Positions 34,946-44,584 of a DNA stretch of 64,000 nucleotides are shown here, piece by piece. Numbering within the stretch: position 1 is the first letter of the stretch; each line of letters opens with the position of its first letter. The notes beneath the pieces were generated by a model. It searched no databases, was not told the DNA's origin, and worked only from the letters and a program-made list of their open reading frames with translations. A program made the translations under genes and the position numbers. The DNA comes from an uncultured Gemmatimonadales bacterium (GTDB lineage Bacteria; Gemmatimonadota; Gemmatimonadetes; Gemmatimonadales; GWC2-71-9), in assembly GCA_963751925.1 (NCBI GenBank), contig CAVVWJ010000002.1:518774-582773 (forward strand). Direction: 5' to 3'.

Positions 34946-35962
34946 TCAGCCTCGTCCGGACCCTCTGAGTGATCTGATCCCCGCAAAGACAGCCAAACCC
35001 AACCCAGCGGCCAACAGCGCCTTGCCAGGCGACAGGGCCGCCTGGGTATACACGCTCGATCGCATCACGTGCCCTTGGTACCCGCCGCGTTCCATTCCTT
35101 CGTCGCCGGCCGAATCGTACAAATTGCCGGGACGTCCCTCGGTGGGCACGTTCGAGCGCTGGGCGCTGAACATGGCGCGCTCCATGTAAAAGTCGGTCAA
35201 GCGCGGCATCGCGGAGCCCATCGCGGTGATGAACCGTCCGCCTCCGCCTATGGTGATGTCACGAACGGGATGCTCGGCGGCGCGCAGAATCGCATTCGCC
35301 ACCACCTCGGGAGCGTACACCGGGGCCGGAGGCTTGGGCTCCACTGTCATATAGTTCTTGGCGTGGTGGAAGTAGGGAGTGTCTATCGCAGAAGGTTTGA
35401 TGAGCGTGACCGATATCGGTGCGTTCTCCTCCTCCAGCTCCATTCTCAGAGCATCAGTAAAGCCCTTGATCGCGTGCTTGGACGCTGAATAGGTACCCTG
35501 CAGCGGAATCGCCCGATCGGATACGATACTTCCAATGTTGATGAGCGCCCCTCCGGCGCCGCGTAGCCGTGGAACCGCAGCACGGCAGCCGTATACCATC
35601 CCCCAGAAGTTGACCTCGAACAACCGACGCATGTCCTCGATCGCCACCTCCATCAAGCGACCATAGAACGAAACTCCCGCATTGTTCACCCAGGTGTCCA
35701 GCGCACCGAACTGCTCGATCGCGGCGCTGGCCACCCGTTCCACATCATCCTGGTTCGAGACATCCGCGACGACTGAGGTGGCCGTGCCTCCACCCTGTAC
35801 GATCCCCGTCACCGTGTCTCGCAGTTCCGGCTCGTTCCGAGAGCACAGCACCACCCGGGCACCTCGGTCAGCGGCGCGTTTGGCAGTTGCCAGGCCGATG
35901 CCACTAGTCCCACCAGTGATGACGATGACCTGGTCTTCCAGGCGCTTCAGCTTGATACCCAT
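34946..35962 (-). CDS. SDR family oxidoreductase
   Basis: ITGGTSGIG, NNAG, YSASK. Confidence 0.92.
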   Translation of the reverse strand: MGIKLKRLEDQVIVITGGTSGIGLATAKRAADRGARVVLCSRNEPELRDTVTGIVQGGGTATSVVADVSNQDDVERVASAAIEQFGALDTWVNNAGVSFYGRLMEVAIEDMRRLFEVNFWGMVYGCRAAVPRLRGAGGALINIGSIVSDRAIPLQGTYSASKHAIKGFTDALRMELEEENAPISVTLIKPSAIDTPYFHHAKNYMTVEPKPPAPVYAPEVVANAILRAAEHPVRDITIGGGGRFITAMGSAMPRLTDFYMERAMFSAQRSNVPTEGRPGNLYDSAGDEGMERGGYQGHVMRSSVYTQAALSPGKALLAAGLGLAVFAGIRSLRGSGRG

Positions 35963-36191
35963 GCTCGCTCCTTTGATCAGCTCGAAACCGGGACTCGTGC
36001 AACACTGAGTTCAAGTATGGTGAGGGGGAGGGCCGCAACACAACACGCAATCACGCGCGGGGGTGTGACCTTAGAACTCACTTTGCAATCTTCAGGGAAG
36101 TTGCGGAGAGGCTTGAATTTAGCGGCACGCAGGTGAATCTTTCCGGGCTTTCGTGGGCCATCGATCCAGTAGCAACTCATCAGGTCGTCGC

Positions 36192-37469
36192 ATGATTCGA
36201 GTCACCGCCGTACAGCCGAATTCCATCGCAGCAGAGCTGGGTCTTATTCCGGGTACCGAACTGCTTACGGTGAACGGGCGGGAGCTCGATGACTTCCTCG
36301 ATTGGGAGTTTCTGACCGCCGAAGAGACGTTGTTGCTGCACGTGAGGCAGCCGGGTGGCGAGGAGATCGAGTTCGACCTGGAGCGTCCGCTGGATGAGCC
36401 GCTGGGCGTCTCCCTCGAGCCTGCCCGTATTCGCCGCTGCGCCAATCGCTGCGATTTCTGTTTCGTCGATGGACTCCCCGATGGTCTTCGCGATGTGCTC
36501 TACATCCGCGACGACGACTACCGCCTCTCGTTCCGGTACGGCAACTTTGCCACCCTGACGAATCTCAAGCCAAGCGATGTAGAGCGGATCATCGAGTACC
36601 GGCTGTCTCCCTTGTACGTCTCGGTCCACGCCACCGATCCGACTACTCGCCGATATCTCCTTCGAAATCCCACGGCCCCAGACATCCTGCAGCAGCTGGC
36701 GGGCTTTGCCGAGCACGGCATCGAGTTTCATACCCAGATCGTCATGTCCCCGGGTGTGAACGACGGACCGGTGTTGCGTCAGACCCTCTCCGATCTGTAC
36801 CGACTCGGCCCCGCCATTCTTGGCTGCTCCGTGGTTCCCGTTGGGCTCACCGAATACTCAAAGCACCATCTCGTGCGGGAGCCTACCGCCGAGGAGTGCC
36901 GGGCCGCCATTGGTCTGATCGAGGAACGGTCGACAGTTGCAAGAGCCGAACGGGGGCGGTACTGGGCTTTTGGTGCCGACGAGTTGTATCTCCGGGCCGG
37001 CGTAGACCTCCCTCCGGCTGAGATCTACGACGGCTTCGACCAGGTCGAAAACGGCGTGGGCTCCGTTCGTTGGCTGCAGCAACGTATCGAAGCGGTATCC
37101 GGCAGACTCCACGGTTGGGAGGGAAGCCGGATCGGGGTCCTTACTGGAACCGCCATGAGTCAGCTGATGCCGCAGGTGCTGGCACCGCTGGCGAAAATCA
37201 CCGGGTCGGAGTACGAGCTGATCCCGGTGGTCAACAGCCTCTTCGGACCACGGGTCACCACCGCCGGTCTCCTGCCGGGTGTGGCCCTGCAGCAGGCGCT
37301 TCGCGGCCGGGGGGATCTCGACATAGCCCTGCTTCCGAGCGAGGCGGTCAACGATGATGGGCTCTTCATCGATGGCATGAGCCTCGATTTGCTGATGGCG
37401 TCGGTTCCGACAGAGGTGCGGCTGTCGAAGGACTTCACCGATGTGCTCGAGGTACCAGCAGCGGCATGA
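36192..37469 (+). CDS. PDZ + radical-SAM-like DUF512 Fe-S protein
   Basis: CANRCDFCF, DDDYRLSF.YGNF.TLTN, PGVNDG, QVENGVG. Confidence 0.88.
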   Translation: MIRVTAVQPNSIAAELGLIPGTELLTVNGRELDDFLDWEFLTAEETLLLHVRQPGGEEIEFDLERPLDEPLGVSLEPARIRRCANRCDFCFVDGLPDGLRDVLYIRDDDYRLSFRYGNFATLTNLKPSDVERIIEYRLSPLYVSVHATDPTTRRYLLRNPTAPDILQQLAGFAEHGIEFHTQIVMSPGVNDGPVLRQTLSDLYRLGPAILGCSVVPVGLTEYSKHHLVREPTAEECRAAIGLIEERSTVARAERGRYWAFGADELYLRAGVDLPPAEIYDGFDQVENGVGSVRWLQQRIEAVSGRLHGWEGSRIGVLTGTAMSQLMPQVLAPLAKITGSEYELIPVVNSLFGPRVTTAGLLPGVALQQALRGRGDLDIALLPSEAVNDDGLFIDGMSLDLLMASVPTEVRLSKDFTDVLEVPAAA

Positions 37470-38788
37470 GCAAGCCCACTGTCGCAATCGTCGGTCGCCC
37501 TAACGTCGGGAAATCCACGCTTTTCAACCGAATTCTCGGTGGGCGTCCAGCGATCGTATCGGATCGTCCGGGCACGACCCGAGACCGTCACTTCGGCGAT
37601 GCTGAGTGGGAGGGCAGACGCTTTTGGGTCGTTGACACCGGGGGACTGGTGCCGGAGTCACAGGATTCCATGGACCGCGCCATCCGGCAACAGGTGGAGT
37701 TTGCTCTGGCCGAATCCGATGTCGTGGTGTTCGTGGTTGACGGCCGGGAAGGACTGAACCCGGTCGACAGGGCAATTGCCGAGAAGCTCCGAAAGGCCGA
37801 GAGGCCGGTGCTTCTGGCAGTGAACAAGCTCGATAACCTGGAGCAGAGCACGGAACAATATCTGTTCTACTCGCTGGGCTTCGGCGATCCGCTGGGTGTG
37901 AGCGCTGCGATCGGAAAGGGCAGCGGCGACCTGCTCGACGCCATCGTCGAGCGGCTGCCGCCGTACGATCCCGCTGAAGACGAGGAGACGATCAACGTGG
38001 CAGTGGTCGGGCGGCCCAACGTCGGCAAGTCGTCGATTGTGAATCGGCTGCTGGGAGAGGAGCGTCATCTCGTCGCAGCTCAGGCCGGAACCACCCGGGA
38101 TGCGATCGATTCCGTCTTGCGCTTTCAGGGAAGAACACTCAACTTCATTGACACCGCCGGTTTACGTCGTAAAGCTAAAGTAGAAGATGACCTGGAGTTC
38201 TATTCGACCCTGCGGACCGAGCGGGCGATCGAGCGAGCCCAGGTCTGCGTGCTGGTGGTCGACGCCAGCCTCGGGATGCACAACCAGGATCTTCGCATCG
38301 CCACTGAGGCGTGGGATCGGGGCTGCGGGTTGATTGTGGTGGTGAATAAGTGGGATCTGGTTCCGGAGAAGGATGCGAACACGGCGCGCCAGGGGCAGGA
38401 CGCGCTGATCGACAAAGCGCCATTCCTGCGTTACGTACCGTTTCTTTACGTGTCGGCCGTGACGGGCCAGCGAGTACGAAAGGTCCTGGACCTGATTCTC
38501 GAGGTGGCCGAGGAGCGGGAGAAGCGAGTTCCGACGGCCGAGGTGAATAAGGTGCTGGCCGAGCTGATACAACGGAATGGGCCACCGCAGCGGCCGGGTG
38601 AGGAGGTCAAACTGCTGTACGCCTCGCAGATCGGTACCGCCCCCCCGACTCTCGCCATCGTCAGCAATCGGCCTGACGAGGTACCGGAATCGTATCAGCG
38701 CTATCTCTCCCACGGCTTCCGTGAAGCCTGGCCGTTTACCGGCTCACCGTTGAGACTCAAGTTTACCAGGCGAGGCTCGCGACGCTGA
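37466..38788 (+). CDS. der: Ribosome biogenesis GTPase Der
   Basis: Two GRPNVGKS G-domains, GTTRD, DTGG/DTAG, NKLD/NKWD. Confidence 0.97.
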   Translation: MSKPTVAIVGRPNVGKSTLFNRILGGRPAIVSDRPGTTRDRHFGDAEWEGRRFWVVDTGGLVPESQDSMDRAIRQQVEFALAESDVVVFVVDGREGLNPVDRAIAEKLRKAERPVLLAVNKLDNLEQSTEQYLFYSLGFGDPLGVSAAIGKGSGDLLDAIVERLPPYDPAEDEETINVAVVGRPNVGKSSIVNRLLGEERHLVAAQAGTTRDAIDSVLRFQGRTLNFIDTAGLRRKAKVEDDLEFYSTLRTERAIERAQVCVLVVDASLGMHNQDLRIATEAWDRGCGLIVVVNKWDLVPEKDANTARQGQDALIDKAPFLRYVPFLYVSAVTGQRVRKVLDLILEVAEEREKRVPTAEVNKVLAELIQRNGPPQRPGEEVKLLYASQIGTAPPTLAIVSNRPDEVPESYQRYLSHGFREAWPFTGSPLRLKFTRRGSRR

Positions 38789-39408
38789 TGCTGCCCGTCC
38801 TTCTCTCGGTGCTCGCCTCGTATCTTGTTGGCGCCATCCCGACGAGCTATCTCGTCAGCCGATACGGCGCTGGAATCGATCTCCGACAGCACGGCAGCGG
38901 CAATCTCGGCGCCACCAATTTGTATCGCGTTCTCGGATGGAAGTACGCCGTCCCGGTGGCGCTCTTCGACATTGCCAAGGGTGCAGTTCCGGTTCTGCTG
39001 TTCGCTCCGCAGGTCTCACGCTCCCAGCTGTTCGCGCTGCTCTGTGGAGTGGCAGCAATCGTGGGTCACGTTTTTTCCGTCTTCGTTCGCTTCAAGGGCG
39101 GCAAGGGCGTGGCGACGGCCGCGGGTGTCATGCTGGGGCTGACGCCGCTCGCCCTGGGAGTGGCAGCGGCGGTGTGGGCGATCCTGGTTCTGCTTACCGG
39201 GTATGTCTCGCTCGGCAGCATCGCGGCCGCGGCCGTGCTCCCGGTTGCAGTCTACCTGCTCGAAGCCCCGATGACGCCGGAGCTGCTCTGGATCGATGCG
39301 CTGGTTGCCGCTGGCGTAATCTTTCTCCACCGTCGCAACATTCAGCGGCTCCTGAAGGGGACTGAAAACCGTTTTGGCCGCCGCGCGACGAGCACACCGC
39401 GCGCATGA
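38788..39408 (+). CDS. plsY: Glycerol-3-phosphate acyltransferase
   Basis: GSGNLGATN, KGGKGVAT, HR.NI.RLL.GTE. Confidence 0.95.
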   Translation: MLPVLLSVLASYLVGAIPTSYLVSRYGAGIDLRQHGSGNLGATNLYRVLGWKYAVPVALFDIAKGAVPVLLFAPQVSRSQLFALLCGVAAIVGHVFSVFVRFKGGKGVATAAGVMLGLTPLALGVAAAVWAILVLLTGYVSLGSIAAAAVLPVAVYLLEAPMTPELLWIDALVAAGVIFLHRRNIQRLLKGTENRFGRRATSTPRA

Positions 39409-40400
39409 CCATCGCCGTCCTGGGGGCGGGAAGCTGGGGTACGACCCTGGCCAACCTGCTCGCCGCCAAAGGCCAGGAGGTGCGGATCTGGGCCTACGAG
39501 TCGGAGGTAGTCGAGGGAATTAACCGCCACCATGAAAACGCGCTCTTTCTGCCAGGCGTCCCGCTGACTTCGACGCTCCAGGCACTGGGAGACGCGCGAG
39601 AGGCGGTTGAAGGGGCCAACGTGATTGTGTCGGCGGCTCCGAGTCATGCGGTGAGAGCAGTGATCAGGGGCATTGCCGGAACGGTCGCACCGGGTACTCT
39701 GGTGGTGAGCGCCACCAAAGGCATCGAGACCGATTCTCTCGCGCTCATGTCGGCGGTCTTCCAGGAGTGTCTGCCAGAGGTTCGCTTCGCCGCGTTGTCG
39801 GGCCCCAGCTTTGCCCAGGAGGTATGCGACGGTCAGCCCACGCTCGTGGTGGCCGCCGCGAGAGAAGAGTCCACAGCCCGGGACGCCCAGCGAATCTTCG
39901 CCACTCCCCGGTTTCGAGTGTACTCGCACGACGACGTGATCGGGGTTGAGCTTGCTGGAGCACTCAAAAACGTGATTGCGATCGCGGCGGGAATCCTCGA
40001 TGGGCTGGGGCTGGGCCACAATCCTCGGGCAGCCCTGATCACTCGCGGACTGGCAGAGATCACTCGACTTGGTGTGGCACTGGGAGCCAGCCCACTCACC
40101 TTCGCGGGATTGGCCGGCATGGGAGATCTGATTCTGACCACAACTGGCTCGCTCAGCCGGAACCGTGCCCTCGGGGTGGCTCTGGCCCAGGGAGAGACGC
40201 TGGAGCACTACCGCAGCGCGCACCGGAGTGTGGCCGAAGGGGCCAACACATCAAAGGCCGGCGCGGCGCTCGGTCGGCGAATGAAGGTGGAGCTTCCCAT
40301 CATCGAGAAAGTCGGTGAAGTTCTGTTCAGCGGAAAGCCCGCTCGGGAAGGGATTGCCGAGCTGATGGCACGTGAACTCAAGTCGGAGCAGTGGAAATGA
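39405..40400 (+). CDS. gpsA: NAD(P)H-dependent glycerol-3-phosphate dehydrogenase
   Basis: GAGSWGT, KGIE, LSGPSFA, GALKNVIAI, GLAGMGDL, SRN. Confidence 0.96.
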   Translation: MTIAVLGAGSWGTTLANLLAAKGQEVRIWAYESEVVEGINRHHENALFLPGVPLTSTLQALGDAREAVEGANVIVSAAPSHAVRAVIRGIAGTVAPGTLVVSATKGIETDSLALMSAVFQECLPEVRFAALSGPSFAQEVCDGQPTLVVAAAREESTARDAQRIFATPRFRVYSHDDVIGVELAGALKNVIAIAAGILDGLGLGHNPRAALITRGLAEITRLGVALGASPLTFAGLAGMGDLILTTTGSLSRNRALGVALAQGETLEHYRSAHRSVAEGANTSKAGAALGRRMKVELPIIEKVGEVLFSGKPAREGIAELMARELKSEQWK

Positions 40401-40789
40401 CCACAACCACCACCCGACCGGTGCAGGAATTTTACTCCATCGGCGAGGTCTGTACCCTGACGGAGCTCAAGCCACACGTCCTGCGCTACTGGGAGAGTCA
40501 GTTCCGTTTTCTCAATCCCGCCAAGAACCGATCTGGCAATCGGGTCTACAAGGCGCGCGAGGTCGAGCTCATCATGCTGGTCAAGCATCTGCTGTACACC
40601 GAGAAGTTCACCATCGACGGCGCCCGGCAGCGCATCGACCAGTATCGCCGCACCGGTGAGCTGCGGGTCTCCGCCCGCCGGGCGTTCGAGGCCGAGATCG
40701 CCAATGAGGTGCGGGTCACCCTGGAGGAAACACTGGCAATTCTCGACGGGAAAACGCCTCCCAGGAAGCCAGTGAACAGTGAACAGTAA
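40397..40789 (+). CDS. MerR-family HTH regulator
   Basis: YSIGEV...KPHVLRYWESQF...KNRSGNR.Y. Confidence 0.9.
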   Translation: MTTTTTRPVQEFYSIGEVCTLTELKPHVLRYWESQFRFLNPAKNRSGNRVYKAREVELIMLVKHLLYTEKFTIDGARQRIDQYRRTGELRVSARRAFEAEIANEVRVTLEETLAILDGKTPPRKPVNSEQ

Positions 40790-40843
40790 ACAGTGAACTG
40801 GCACACTCGTTCCGCTTCACTGTTTCGCGTTTCCGGTTTACTC
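40770..40843. repeat. Inverted heptamer tandem-repeat element (CAGTRAA)4...TTCACTG
   Basis: CAGTGAA CAGTGAA CAGTAAA CAGTGAA at 40770-40797; TTCACTG TTTCGCG TTTCCGG TTTACTC at 40816-40843. Confidence 0.75.
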
Positions 40844-40854
40844 CGCTCGCCGCC

Positions 40855-41604
40855 ATGAATATCCTCGTCAGCAACGACGATGGCGTACTCGCCCCAGGCG
40901 TCGCTCTGCTGGCCGATGTGTGCCGCGAAGTCGGGAACGTCACGGTGGTGGCGCCGGACCGGGAACAGAGCGGCACATCGCATTCTCTGACGCTGCACCG
41001 CCCGCTGCGTCCGACTCGCCGCCCCGACGGGGGCTGGCAGATCGATGGGACACCCACCGACTGTGTCATGCTGGCGCTGCAGGCCCTCATGCCGGAGCGG
41101 CCGGATTTCGTGTTCTCGGGGGTCAATCATGGCCCCAACATGGGTGAGGACGTGCTCTACTCCGGCACAGTGGCCGCGGCCATGGAGGCGGTGACGCTCG
41201 GAGTCCCGGGGATTGGAATCTCGTTTGCCGGCAATCAACCCGAAACGATGGCGACGTATCGCGATCTCCTTCTGGAGCTGGTCCAGCGCATTACACGGGT
41301 CAGCGATTTTCCGGAGCAGATGCTGCTCAACATCAATCTGCCCAGAATTCCCGCCTCCGAGGTCAAAGGGATACAGGTCACCAAGCTGGGTAGCCGGTTT
41401 TTCTCCGAATCGCTGACGCGAATGAAGGACCCCTGGGGCCGCGAGATCTACTGGATCGGCGGGGGGACGATCACCTGGACAGGTGGCGAAAACTCGGACC
41501 ACCTCGCCGTGGCCGAAGGCTATGTCAGTGTGACACCGCTGCACATGGACCTCACCAATTATTCTCTGATCGAGACGGTTCGAGGATGGTCACTGGAGGG
41601 GTAG
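40855..41604 (+). CDS. surE: 5'/3'-nucleotidase SurE
   Basis: SNDDG, GTPTDCV, SGVNHG.N.G, YSGTVAAA.E, SVTPL. Confidence 0.96.
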   Translation: MNILVSNDDGVLAPGVALLADVCREVGNVTVVAPDREQSGTSHSLTLHRPLRPTRRPDGGWQIDGTPTDCVMLALQALMPERPDFVFSGVNHGPNMGEDVLYSGTVAAAMEAVTLGVPGIGISFAGNQPETMATYRDLLLELVQRITRVSDFPEQMLLNINLPRIPASEVKGIQVTKLGSRFFSESLTRMKDPWGREIYWIGGGTITWTGGENSDHLAVAEGYVSVTPLHMDLTNYSLIETVRGWSLEG

Positions 41605-42251
41605 GGGAGGGCGACAGCTACGGAGGCTATCGCAGCCAGTTGGTCGAGGTCCTTCAGCGTAAGGGAATACGCGACCTATCCGTCCTGCGTGCGGTTCAGA
41701 TGGTGCCACGGCACCTCTTCGTGCCCGAGAGTGTGCGACACCGGGCCTATGACGACGCCGCGCTTCCGATCGGGAGCGGCCAGACAATTTCGCAGCCATA
41801 CGTGCAGGCCCGGTATCTGGAGCTGATCGGTCTCACCGGACGTGAGAAAGTCCTCGAGATCGGAACCGGATCCGGGTATCAGACTGCCTTACTGTCTCTC
41901 CTGGCCAGCATGGTGTTCAGCGTCGAGCGGGTGCCGTCCCTGGCACGGAGCGCCCGTGCGGCGCTGGAAGCGGCCGGCATCCGTAACGTCACCGTTCTGG
42001 TCGGCGACGGGACCCTGGGTTGGCGTCCGTTCGCCCCGTACGATGCCATCCTGGTCTCTGCGGCCTCTCCTGATGTGCCGATGCCACTGGTCGAGCAGCT
42101 CGCAGACGGCGGACGCATGGTCATCCCGATCGGGGACCGTTCCGCCCAGACACTGACTCTGGTCGAGCGGCGTGAGAATGGCGTTCGGACCAGCACCGTT
42201 GCCGATGTGCGATTCGTGCCCCTGGTGGGGCAGTTCGGCTTCTCCGAATAA
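41586..42251 (+). CDS. pcm: Protein-L-isoaspartate O-methyltransferase
   Basis: VPRHLFV, GQTISQP, VLEIGTGSGYQ, FVPL. Confidence 0.96.
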   Translation: MVTGGVGEGDSYGGYRSQLVEVLQRKGIRDLSVLRAVQMVPRHLFVPESVRHRAYDDAALPIGSGQTISQPYVQARYLELIGLTGREKVLEIGTGSGYQTALLSLLASMVFSVERVPSLARSARAALEAAGIRNVTVLVGDGTLGWRPFAPYDAILVSAASPDVPMPLVEQLADGGRMVIPIGDRSAQTLTLVERRENGVRTSTVADVRFVPLVGQFGFSE

Positions 42252-42263
42252 TCCGGACACTCC

Positions 42264-42893
42264 ATGGTCTCGAGCTTCTGGCATTGGCTGGCGGACACGA
42301 TTCTTGCGCTCGGGTATCCGGGTATCGTGCTGCTTATGGCGATAGAGTCATCGGTGCTACCGCTTCCCAGCGAGCTGGTCATGCCACCAGCCGGATATCT
42401 GGCGGCAAAGGGTCAGATGAACGCGTACCTGGCGGTCGGGGCCGGAACCTTCGGCAGCGTGCTCGGCGCGTTAATCAATTACGCGCTCGCTCTCTACGTG
42501 GGAGAGCCACTCCTCAGAAAATATGGTAAGTACGTGCTCGTCTCCGAACGATCACTCGACCGCACCGAGATTTTCTTCCGGCGACACGGCGAAATCAGCA
42601 CCCTGGTCGGACGCCTCCTCCCGGTGGTCAGACACCTGATCTCGATCCCGGCTGGCGTCTCCCGGATGCATCTGGCACGTTTCATCGGCTTCACCGCCCT
42701 CGGCGCCGGCATCTGGTGCGGCGTGTTGACGTACCTCGGCTGGATCATTGGACGGCATGGCGAGGACGTCGAAGCGGTAATCGGCACCTACGTCCACCAC
42801 ACGCTGATCGCGTATGTGCTTCCAGCAGTCATCATACTGGTTGGGATCTATGTCATGTGGCGGAAGCAAGCACGGCCTCGGGGGACGAGTTGA
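42264..42893 (+). CDS. DedA family membrane protein
   Basis: PLPSELVM..AG, F.RHG, GRLLPVVRHLISIPAG. Confidence 0.92.
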   Translation: MVSSFWHWLADTILALGYPGIVLLMAIESSVLPLPSELVMPPAGYLAAKGQMNAYLAVGAGTFGSVLGALINYALALYVGEPLLRKYGKYVLVSERSLDRTEIFFRRHGEISTLVGRLLPVVRHLISIPAGVSRMHLARFIGFTALGAGIWCGVLTYLGWIIGRHGEDVEAVIGTYVHHTLIAYVLPAVIILVGIYVMWRKQARPRGTS

Positions 42894-43162
42894 CCGATTC
42901 GCGCTATCTGGTATCCGGGCAGGTGCAGGGGGTCGGCTTCCGCTGGTTCGTGGCCCGGCATGCCCGAGCCCTCGGTCTCACGGGCTATGCCCGTAACCTG
43001 GCCGACGGCAGGGTGGAGGTCGTAGTCAGCGGACCGGATGAAGCGCTGCCCGCCTTGGAGGAGCTGCTTCAGGCCGGCCCTGCAAACGCCCAGGTCGATC
43101 GAGTGGAGCGCTCTGCTCAACCCGCTCCTGTTCCCACTGGAAAGGGCTTCGATGTCCTCTAG
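42890..43162 (+). CDS. acyP: Acylphosphatase
   Basis: TTG start overlapping dedA stop; GQVQGVGFR, NLADGRVE. Confidence 0.92.
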   Translation: MTDSRYLVSGQVQGVGFRWFVARHARALGLTGYARNLADGRVEVVVSGPDEALPALEELLQAGPANAQVDRVERSAQPAPVPTGKGFDVL

Positions 43163-43709
43163 TCCCTCATCAACTGCTCCGACGAAAGCGATCTCGGCTC
43201 GCGTGCAGGAGGCGTTGCGAGCTATCCCCGATTATCCCAAGCCGGGGATTCTGTTTCAGGATATCACGCCGGTATTGGCGCACCGGGAGTTGTTTCAGGA
43301 CGTGATCTCGGAGATGGCCAGGCCGTTCCGCCAGCTCGACGTGACTCACGTGCTCGGCATCGAAGCGCGTGGTTTCATTTTGGGAGGCGCCATCGCTGCG
43401 TCGCTCGGCGCTGGCTTTGTCCCGGCCCGGAAGCCGGGGAAGCTGCCCTGGGAGCGCGTCACCGAACACTATGATCTCGAATACGGGAGTGATTCGCTGG
43501 AAGCGCATCGCGACGCTTGGACGGTCGGGAGTCGAGTCGTCGTCGTTGATGACGTGCTGGCGACCGGTGGGACCGCCCGAGCCGCGGGCGAATTGACCCG
43601 AGCCCTCGGGGGGACTCTTCTCGGATGGAGTTTCCTTCTGGAGATCGAAGATCTCGGCGGGAGGCAGAAGCTGAGCGGAGCCGCTTGCCACGTCATCGCG
43701 CGATGCTGA
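43152..43709 (+). CDS. apt: Adenine phosphoribosyltransferase
   Basis: PDYPKPGI.F.DI, EARGF, RKPGKLP, LEYG, VDDVLATGGT. Confidence 0.96.
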   Translation: MSSSPSSTAPTKAISARVQEALRAIPDYPKPGILFQDITPVLAHRELFQDVISEMARPFRQLDVTHVLGIEARGFILGGAIAASLGAGFVPARKPGKLPWERVTEHYDLEYGSDSLEAHRDAWTVGSRVVVVDDVLATGGTARAAGELTRALGGTLLGWSFLLEIEDLGGRQKLSGAACHVIARC

Positions 43710-43738
43710 GACGTAGGACAAGCGGACCGCTGTAAGCC

Positions 43739-44575
43739 CTACGGGGTACGGATAAAGCCGTTCTGCCGGTACTCTCCTACCTTTGCATCGCCCTGCCATA
43801 GCTCGATCACACCGGGCTCATCATAGGGGCGGTGCTCCGAGTACGCCTCCCATAACTCCGACAAGGTGTACTCCAGCGCCGGCGCTGACCGGAAGGACTG
43901 GGCCACAGTCACCTTGAGGATGCCAGGATGACCCTCAAAGAAGCCGGTTGCGATTCCTACCCGGCGGGCGGTTTCCATGGCCCAGCGAAGGTTCGGATTG
44001 CGAGCCAGCGCGGCCTCATCCAGTGCCGGCGCGACACTGAATGGCCGGCTCGATTCCATGCTGTCGATGACAGGCCCGCTCGCGACGGTAAGCGTGTTCG
44101 AGCCGCCGGCGCCAGGGTGCGGCCAGCGTGCGAGCTGGGCTCCGGAATACCCGCAGGTCCGGTGTACCCGGTCACTGTCAGCCGGAACGAACACAGCCAA
44201 CGAAGCTTCCTTTCGTTGCGACGCCGAGCCCAGAGTGGACCCGAGCACGCGAACTCCTGACTTCGGCTTCTTCTGCTTTCCCGTGATAACGACATTGGCT
44301 CCGAGCTCGGCCGCCTGCTCCCGCTGCCCAGCGGCAACTTTGCCTGCATCCACTGAGTTGTCGGGGTTCGCTAGCAACGCAATCTCATGGTAGTCGGCCG
44401 CGATCTTCTCGGCCGAGGAATAGATCTCGACCCCATCAGGGCAAATAGACTGGTACTTGGGCAGGGGCTCGGGCGAAGGCTTTGGTGCGCCGCCACCGCA
44501 TGCCATCAAGCCGATGAGCGCTAGTGGCACCAGACAGTGCAGGAGGGCAGGGGGATTCCGATGTATGATTGGCAC
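43739..44575 (-). CDS. Hypothetical lipoprotein (paralog of 44585-45457)
   Basis: Lipobox-like LMAC; both domains align by eye with neighbour. Confidence 0.75.
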   Translation of the reverse strand: MPIIHRNPPALLHCLVPLALIGLMACGGGAPKPSPEPLPKYQSICPDGVEIYSSAEKIAADYHEIALLANPDNSVDAGKVAAGQREQAAELGANVVITGKQKKPKSGVRVLGSTLGSASQRKEASLAVFVPADSDRVHRTCGYSGAQLARWPHPGAGGSNTLTVASGPVIDSMESSRPFSVAPALDEAALARNPNLRWAMETARRVGIATGFFEGHPGILKVTVAQSFRSAPALEYTLSELWEAYSEHRPYDEPGVIELWQGDAKVGEYRQNGFIRTP

Positions 44576-44584
44576 GCGTAGACG

